From: Candidatus Latescibacterota bacterium
Lineage (GTDB): Bacteria > Latescibacterota > UBA2968 > UBA8231
DNA: 64,000 bases
Reading direction: 5' to 3'
Assembly (NCBI GenBank): GCA_965197905.1
Contig: CBDAOB010000005.1
Location: 2,560,001 to 2,624,000, forward strand
A program made the position numbers and the translations under genes. A model generated the notes under the pieces. The model was not told the origin of the DNA and made no database searches. It saw only the letters and a program-made list of their open reading frames with translations. Below, piece after piece: positions 58,342 through 64,000 of this stretch; positions within the stretch are counted from its first letter, which is position 1; each line of letters begins with the position of its first letter.

Positions 58342-59874
58342 TTGAATATACTTGGAGCCATTGGGGCCGTCAATCGAAGTCGCGTCCTATTGTTGACGGC
58401 GCTTCTGATTCACGCTTTGGTGAAACTTTGGTTCGTAGCGGGTGTGGAGTTGGGCAAGGATGAAGCGGCGTATTGGTACTGGAGTCAGCACCCGGATGCG
58501 TCCTACGCACTGATTCCGTTGGCAGCAATAAAGCTCCTGAATCTCCTGCTTCCCGGCAGCGAATCGATGCTGCGCCTCGGGTCGGTTCTGATGGGCAGCG
58601 GATCGGTGCTCCTGGTCTACCTTCTTGGCAGAAGATCAGAGTTGGACGCGAAGCATTGTATGTGGGGGGCAACGGTGTTTGCCACCTGCCATTGGACATG
58701 GCATACCAGCTCTTTTTTGCATCCCGACGGGTTCCTCATTTTTTTCTGGTTGCTTACCCTAGAAAGGACGATTGCCTGGCGCCGCCACCTGACGATACCA
58801 CGCCTGGCTGCGATCGGATTGCTGGCAGGCATGGCCGTTCTGTGCAAGTATTCAGGTTCGTTCCTCGCCGGTGGCCTGTTCCTTTGGCTCCTCCTCGCCC
58901 ACGGTCCCAGGCACTTCGGAGTCGCGTTGCTTCCTTTCCTGCTTGCGGTTTCTCCCCTGGCCGTCGTGCAGATAGAGACCCTCTTTCACCTCCCCAGAAC
59001 GCTCAGCACCCTGTCGCAGATCGCACCGGACAGCAATCCTGCGATTCAAGTTTTGATCTTTCTGGTCAGTCCGATCTTTTTCGTCTCGCCGTTGTTATTG
59101 TGGATGCTGTACCGATCTCTATTGCATGCGGGACAGGAGTTGCGACGAAACCTAGATCGCGATCTGGCTTTGTTTGTGCTCCCAGCCCTTTGTTTGGTTG
59201 GCGCCTTCGCCTTCTTCGCGCTCTATCGCGGACAGATCAAGGGAAACTGGATCCTTCCTGCCTTCCTCGCGTTGTGGCCGTTCGCTTTTGATCCTCGCAC
59301 CTACCTCGGCGGCATCGGCCCTACGTTCCTGCGATCGACCCTGGCTACGAGCATGCTACAGACCCTGCTGATCGCAGTTTTGCTCAAGTTTCCGGCACTG
59401 GCTGCGGCGATCGCTGAGACCGATACCCTGGCAGGCCTGAACAACAGCTATAGAGAGCTTGTGTCGGCGTCGGACCAAAGGCGCGAGAGCTCGCGGTCGT
59501 GGACCGAGCGCGTCTGCGAGTACCACGGATGGGAGGACTGGGTCGAGAGAATGGAGGCGGTCGCTTCTCGCAGCGGTCTCAACGGTGTTCCGCTGGTCAG
59601 CCATCAGTACGCGGTGACCTTTGGGGTTGCGTTTTACACCAATACGAACCGGGAGGTATTTACGGTCGCCGACCCGCGTTTTCGCGATACCAGCGATCTG
59701 TTTCACCAACGGAAGGAAGAAACGTCGCCTATCCTCTTCGTGGCGAGGGTGGATGCCCCCATACCACACATTCTCGATGCGAATTATCCCATTCAGCACC
59801 GACTCGTCGAGGTTGCACGGCGGTCTGAAGGCTGCTCGTCAGAGTATTACAGCCTGGTGCTGCTCAGCAGATGA
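58342..59874 (+). CDS. ArnT/GT83 (PMT_2) family membrane glycosyltransferase
   Basis: DEAAYWYWS, HPD, LCKYSG and many TM segments. Confidence 0.8.
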   Translation: MNILGAIGAVNRSRVLLLTALLIHALVKLWFVAGVELGKDEAAYWYWSQHPDASYALIPLAAIKLLNLLLPGSESMLRLGSVLMGSGSVLLVYLLGRRSELDAKHCMWGATVFATCHWTWHTSSFLHPDGFLIFFWLLTLERTIAWRRHLTIPRLAAIGLLAGMAVLCKYSGSFLAGGLFLWLLLAHGPRHFGVALLPFLLAVSPLAVVQIETLFHLPRTLSTLSQIAPDSNPAIQVLIFLVSPIFFVSPLLLWMLYRSLLHAGQELRRNLDRDLALFVLPALCLVGAFAFFALYRGQIKGNWILPAFLALWPFAFDPRTYLGGIGPTFLRSTLATSMLQTLLIAVLLKFPALAAAIAETDTLAGLNNSYRELVSASDQRRESSRSWTERVCEYHGWEDWVERMEAVASRSGLNGVPLVSHQYAVTFGVAFYTNTNREVFTVADPRFRDTSDLFHQRKEETSPILFVARVDAPIPHILDANYPIQHRLVEVARRSEGCSSEYYSLVLLSR

Positions 59875-59883
59875 CGGGAGAGG

Positions 59884-62800
59884 TTAGCCAGCCGGCTCAT
59901 CGACCGCGGCAGAGGCCGGAGGCGATGCGGAAGCGGTAATTGCGACGCGGCGCGCGAGAATGCGAAGGTCGTCGAAGAAGGTGTAGCAAAGCGGAACGAT
60001 AACCAGCGTCAACACCGTCGATGCCAGCAGGCCACCAATCATGGTGCGCCCAAGTGGGGCGTACGGCATGCCTATCATTTTTGCGTTTCCCGCCGCCATG
60101 GGGATCAAGCCGCAAACAGTAGTGAACGTGGTCATCAGGATCGGTCGGAAACGATGCCTACCGGCTTCCAGCAGGGCATCGAAACGCGTGACCCCGTCTG
60201 CACGCAACCGATTGGCAAGATCTATGAGCACGATGGCGTTGTTGACCACGACGCCAATCAGAATCACCGTGCCGATTACCGCCAGGAACTCGTAGTTGGT
60301 GTCGGTCAAATACAAGGTCCAGAATACGCCGAGGAAGGAGAACGGTATTGCCACGATCACCGAAAGGGGAAGGACGAACGACTCGAATAGCACTCCCATC
60401 AATAGAAAAACGAATATTACCGCCATGATAACAGCGAACTTCTGGGAGCGATCCGTTTCCTCCATGCGCAGATATCGGGCCCCTTTGTCCCAGCGATAAC
60501 CACGGGGCAGCTCGAACCCGTCCATAGCGCTGTCCATCTGCTCAAACAGCGACTTCGCATCATCCTTGTCCGCAGTCGCCGTTATTCGAAGCACCGTTTG
60601 CCGATTCTCGCGCCTGATGTTGTTCAGAGTGCGGCTGACGTAGAATGTTCCCAGCGCTTCGAGAGGTATTTCGCCGTCCGCGGCGGTGGTGAAGGTAAGC
60701 TTTCTCAACTGTTCAATGCTCTCCCGGTCCCCTTCCTCCGCCCACATGCGAATATTTAGCTCTCTTCCCTCTTCCGCCGCTTGAAAGGTGCTCACGACCG
60801 TCCCCTCCATGCGGTACGCAATGCTGCCCGAAATGGCCCGGGGATCGAGGCCGTGCAGGCGAATCTGGTCGTAATCCAGTCGGATCTGCACCTCTTGACT
60901 TCCCCTCTCGATGTCGGTTTGGACCGAAAGAAACCCAGGGACGTCGGCCAAACGTCGCTCAACTTCTGACGCCAGGCCGACCAGCGTCTCGGTGTTTTCC
61001 CCGTAGAGGTTCAGATTCACCGAGGCCTCCTGTCCAGCCTCTTCGCGGTCGATGCGCAGGATCATTCCAGGTTCCAGTGGCAGGCGCTTCTTAATATCTG
61101 CGGAGATTTCCTTGTAGGTAAGGAATTCCTTCTCCTTGAAACCAAATCTTATCGCCAGATTGTCTAACGCGACGCGATACCAATCCAACGATTCTTCCTC
61201 CTTGAAGAGAAGCTCGAACGTGGCGTGACCCGTGCGGTACCAGGTCCTCACTGCCTTTACGTGGTATTCGTAGATGTGGTTGATCAGGGTGTCCTCGACC
61301 GTGGCGACAAATCGATCGGCCTGCGATTGGGTCTGTCCGGTGGGCATCTCGACTTCCAATCGCAGCCGACGCGAGTTGCCCTGTCCTTCGTCCGTCTTCT
61401 TCATCCCGGCCAACGGTAGCTGGATGCTCGCCATGGCAAGGAGCATGACGATGAGGGTGTCGAGTCGATGATGGAGAACCCACTTCAGAGAACGCAGATA
61501 CCTCTCCTGCAGCCAGGCCAAGAAACGGGAATCTGCTTTTCCTTCTTGGACGGGAAGCCGCTGGGCAGCCACGGGGATGAAGATCATGGCTATGATCAGG
61601 GAAGCGACCAGTCCCACTATTACCGGCATACCTATACGAATCATCCAAAACGAAAAACGTTCGTCATCGCTCATCAGCATGAGGGGCAGGAAAACAACAA
61701 CCGTAGTCAACGTGGCCATGGTAACGGCGAGGCTGACTTCCCCGGTGCCCTCGACGGAAGCGTTGCGCGGATTCGCCCCTGACTGGCGCTTGCGGTAGAT
61801 GTTCTCGACGATCACGATGGCATTGTCGACGACGAGGCCGAGGCTGAGCATGAGTCCCATCATGGTGGCCAGATTCAAGGACCATCCGACGAAATAGAGC
61901 GCCGTTACGGTAACCAGAATAGACAGAGGTATGGCGAGGGTGATGATGAGGGTCATGCGCAGCGCGCGCAGGAAAAAAAGCAGCACCAGCGCGGCAAAAA
62001 GGCCACCCCAGAGTCCAGAAGTCTTCAGGTTATCTACCGACTCTCGCACATGTTTCCCTTGATCCCAAAACACCTCGACATCGATGCCCTGCAATTCGGG
62101 TCGCGCCAGCACGCGGTCCAGCGTCTCGTGCACCTGGCGAGTGACCTGTACCAGATTGGCTCCTGAAGTGCGCCAGATGCCGATACCGAGGGACTGATTG
62201 CCGTTGACGTGATGCGTCCACGAGCTTCTGACCCGGCCCAGTTCGATCTTGGCGATATCGGCCAGCCGCAGATTGTGCTGCGCGTCGACGACGGTTTCCC
62301 GAATCTGATCAACGGATTCGAACCTTCCGGCAGAGCGCACCATCAGTCTGCGTCCCCCTTCGCGAACCTGCCCCCCGGAAAGGGCGAAGTTCTGGCTGCG
62401 CAGGTTTCGCACAACCGTAAAGAGATCGATCCCGTGCCCTCTGACTCGATCTTCATCGATCTCGATCAGCACCTCGGGCCGGCCGTCACCCCACACCTCA
62501 ACCTGTCCGACACCATCCAATCGCTGGAGTGCAGGCTGCACGTAGTTTTCCATCAGAAAAATCGGATCGATGATGCCCGTGTCGAAGGTGACACCCATCC
62601 ACATGATAGGACTGTCGTTGGCATCCCAGTGACGGGCGCGCACCTGCTCCACGGCTTCTGGGAGTTCCGGCCGCACTCGATCGAGGCGATCCCGAACCTC
62701 GGCATACACCTGATCCATGTCCGTTCCGGGTAGAAACTCAATAGTGACTGACGCGCCGCCCCGGTCGCTACTCGCCTGGATCTGCTTAACCCGGCTTACA

Positions 62801-63039
62801 GTGGCGAGGGCTTCCTCGATAGGCAGCGTTACCTTGCGCTCGACCTCGATCGGTGTAGCGTTGGGATAACTCACCCATATGAATAAGCGATCGGACTCGA
62901 TTCCTTCGGGAATGAGATTTAGCGGGATCCGGCTGTAGGCGATGTACCCCACCACCAAAGCGGCAACCAGAAGCATCACCACAGAGACCGGACGATCAAC
63001 GGAGATTCGTGGAAGGAGATACTTGCGCGATTCGGACAT
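59884..63039 (-). CDS. RND efflux permease subunit (AcrB/AcrD/AcrF family)
   Basis: RPVSV, GLVVDNAIVIVENI, TLTTVVVFLP, GVVVNNAIV, RFRPILMT. Confidence 0.93.
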   Translation of the reverse strand: MSESRKYLLPRISVDRPVSVVMLLVAALVVGYIAYSRIPLNLIPEGIESDRLFIWVSYPNATPIEVERKVTLPIEEALATVSRVKQIQASSDRGGASVTIEFLPGTDMDQVYAEVRDRLDRVRPELPEAVEQVRARHWDANDSPIMWMGVTFDTGIIDPIFLMENYVQPALQRLDGVGQVEVWGDGRPEVLIEIDEDRVRGHGIDLFTVVRNLRSQNFALSGGQVREGGRRLMVRSAGRFESVDQIRETVVDAQHNLRLADIAKIELGRVRSSWTHHVNGNQSLGIGIWRTSGANLVQVTRQVHETLDRVLARPELQGIDVEVFWDQGKHVRESVDNLKTSGLWGGLFAALVLLFFLRALRMTLIITLAIPLSILVTVTALYFVGWSLNLATMMGLMLSLGLVVDNAIVIVENIYRKRQSGANPRNASVEGTGEVSLAVTMATLTTVVVFLPLMLMSDDERFSFWMIRIGMPVIVGLVASLIIAMIFIPVAAQRLPVQEGKADSRFLAWLQERYLRSLKWVLHHRLDTLIVMLLAMASIQLPLAGMKKTDEGQGNSRRLRLEVEMPTGQTQSQADRFVATVEDTLINHIYEYHVKAVRTWYRTGHATFELLFKEEESLDWYRVALDNLAIRFGFKEKEFLTYKEISADIKKRLPLEPGMILRIDREEAGQEASVNLNLYGENTETLVGLASEVERRLADVPGFLSVQTDIERGSQEVQIRLDYDQIRLHGLDPRAISGSIAYRMEGTVVSTFQAAEEGRELNIRMWAEEGDRESIEQLRKLTFTTAADGEIPLEALGTFYVSRTLNNIRRENRQTVLRITATADKDDAKSLFEQMDSAMDGFELPRGYRWDKGARYLRMEETDRSQKFAVIMAVIFVFLLMGVLFESFVLPLSVIVAIPFSFLGVFWTLYLTDTNYEFLAVIGTVILIGVVVNNAIVLIDLANRLRADGVTRFDALLEAGRHRFRPILMTTFTTVCGLIPMAAGNAKMIGMPYAPLGRTMIGGLLASTVLTLVIVPLCYTFFDDLRILARRVAITASASPPASAAVDEPAG

Positions 63040-63197
63040 TGCTGGGTAAAGACCGGCTCCGCTGTGGTCTCAATCAGATGGTTCAGCGTCGATGGGCGCC
63101 GGGGCATGAGCCGCGGATTACATCGCAACAGTTGAACGGAGAATCTACGAATGATTTCGCTTGAGAGCAGTACGCCGGTCGGTGGGGTTCTGCGGCG

Positions 63198-64000
63198 CTA
63201 CCGTCGACGATCGACCAAGGAGTAGACGGTTGGGATCACGATCAAGGTGAGAAAGGTGGAGCTGGTGAGGCCGGCGATTACGGTGAGCGCCATCGGAGTG
63301 CGAATCTCCGCTCCCTCCCCCAACCCCAGAGCCATCGGCAGCAATGCCAGTATGGTGGTCAGGGTAGTCATGATTATGGGACGCAGGCGAACTGTGCCCG
63401 CTTGCACGATCGCCTCCATGTGCTCCAGACCCGATTGTTTCAAAGTGTTGATGTAATCCACCAGGACGATGGCATTGTTCACGACAATGCCCGCGAGCAT
63501 TATGAGACCCAGGAATACGACGATGCTCAAGGCAATGTCGGCCACGAAGAGCACCGCGATCACACCCACGAGAGCCAGGGGCACCGTGAACATGATCACG
63601 AGCGGATGAATCAGCGACTCGAACTGGCTGGCCATTACGATGTACACCAGGAAGATCGCCAGCGCCAAAGCGACGAAGAGACTGTGGAGAGAGGTCTCCA
63701 TCTCGCGCTTCTGTCCGCTGATGAGGTAGGAGAAGCCGAGCGGAAAATCCATGCCCTGGCGCAGGGCGGTAACGATGTTCTGCGAGGCGGTCCCCAGATC
63801 GATGTCGCGAATGTTCGCCGTGATGAGCGCGGTCCTTTGCTGGTCTATGCGACGGATTTCGCTCGGTCCCTCACTGACGCCGATGTCGGCGATGGCCCCC
63901 AGCGGAATCGGCACCTCGCCGTCGGGATTCACCACCAGGCGATTGAGTTCCTGAATGCCCAGGCGATCCTCCTCTTGGAGTCGCACCAGAATCCGGACCT
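63198..64000 (-). CDS. Second RND permease subunit (5' part outside the window)
   Basis: SQFES..HP, GIVVNNAIV, RLRPIIMTT. Frame is open to the window edge. Confidence 0.9.
   Translation of the reverse strand, partial: VRILVRLQEEDRLGIQELNRLVVNPDGEVPIPLGAIADIGVSEGPSEIRRIDQQRTALITANIRDIDLGTASQNIVTALRQGMDFPLGFSYLISGQKREMETSLHSLFVALALAIFLVYIVMASQFESLIHPLVIMFTVPLALVGVIAVLFVADIALSIVVFLGLIMLAGIVVNNAIVLVDYINTLKQSGLEHMEAIVQAGTVRLRPIIMTTLTTILALLPMALGLGEGAEIRTPMALTVIAGLTSSTFLTLIVIPTVYSLVDRRR

Noticed and set aside
1..64000. CRISPR arrays, transposases, integrases, prophage genes, rRNA
   Set aside because: No regularly spaced DNA repeats or relevant protein motifs seen. The repeats present are protein-level and diverged in DNA.

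Overview
GC-rich (roughly 60% by eye) bacterial chromosomal segment. Gene content points to an FCB-superphylum organism outside the classical Bacteroidota, most plausibly Candidatus Latescibacterota or a relative (inference from PorU/PorV, FlgD-Ig/T9SS-type C-terminal domains and cohesin/dockerin modules). Housekeeping genes (lexA, glycerate kinase, era, purD, folB/folK, rpmB, mutM, clpP, RND pumps) flank a ~32-kb cell-surface region. That region holds (i) a 14-kb operon with porU, porV, an M6/FG-GAP protein, a metallopeptidase-propeller-Omp85 fusion, two DUF5683-like genes and a secreted peptidase, in which the PorU catalytic Cys appears replaced by Ser and the M6 HExxH motif is degenerate; and (ii) two tandem paralogous ~1900-aa secreted proteins, each with cohesin, dockerin and cohesin modules, divergently transcribed from a cohesin plus cadherin-like-repeat protein, with sigma-54-type promoters on both sides. 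Also present: a cobalamin riboswitch controlling a CTD-tagged beta-propeller (candidate secreted B12 scavenger), and an operon joining an STT3/PglB oligosaccharyltransferase, a chorismate-lyase-like protein, a GT-C-like membrane protein, an SDR and a triple-DUF5069 protein. Four genes carry single frameshifts (three in short homopolymers) and one an in-frame stop, which suggests assembly errors. No rRNA, intact tRNA, CRISPR array or mobile element was seen. Family assignments come from motif recognition only; no database search was run.
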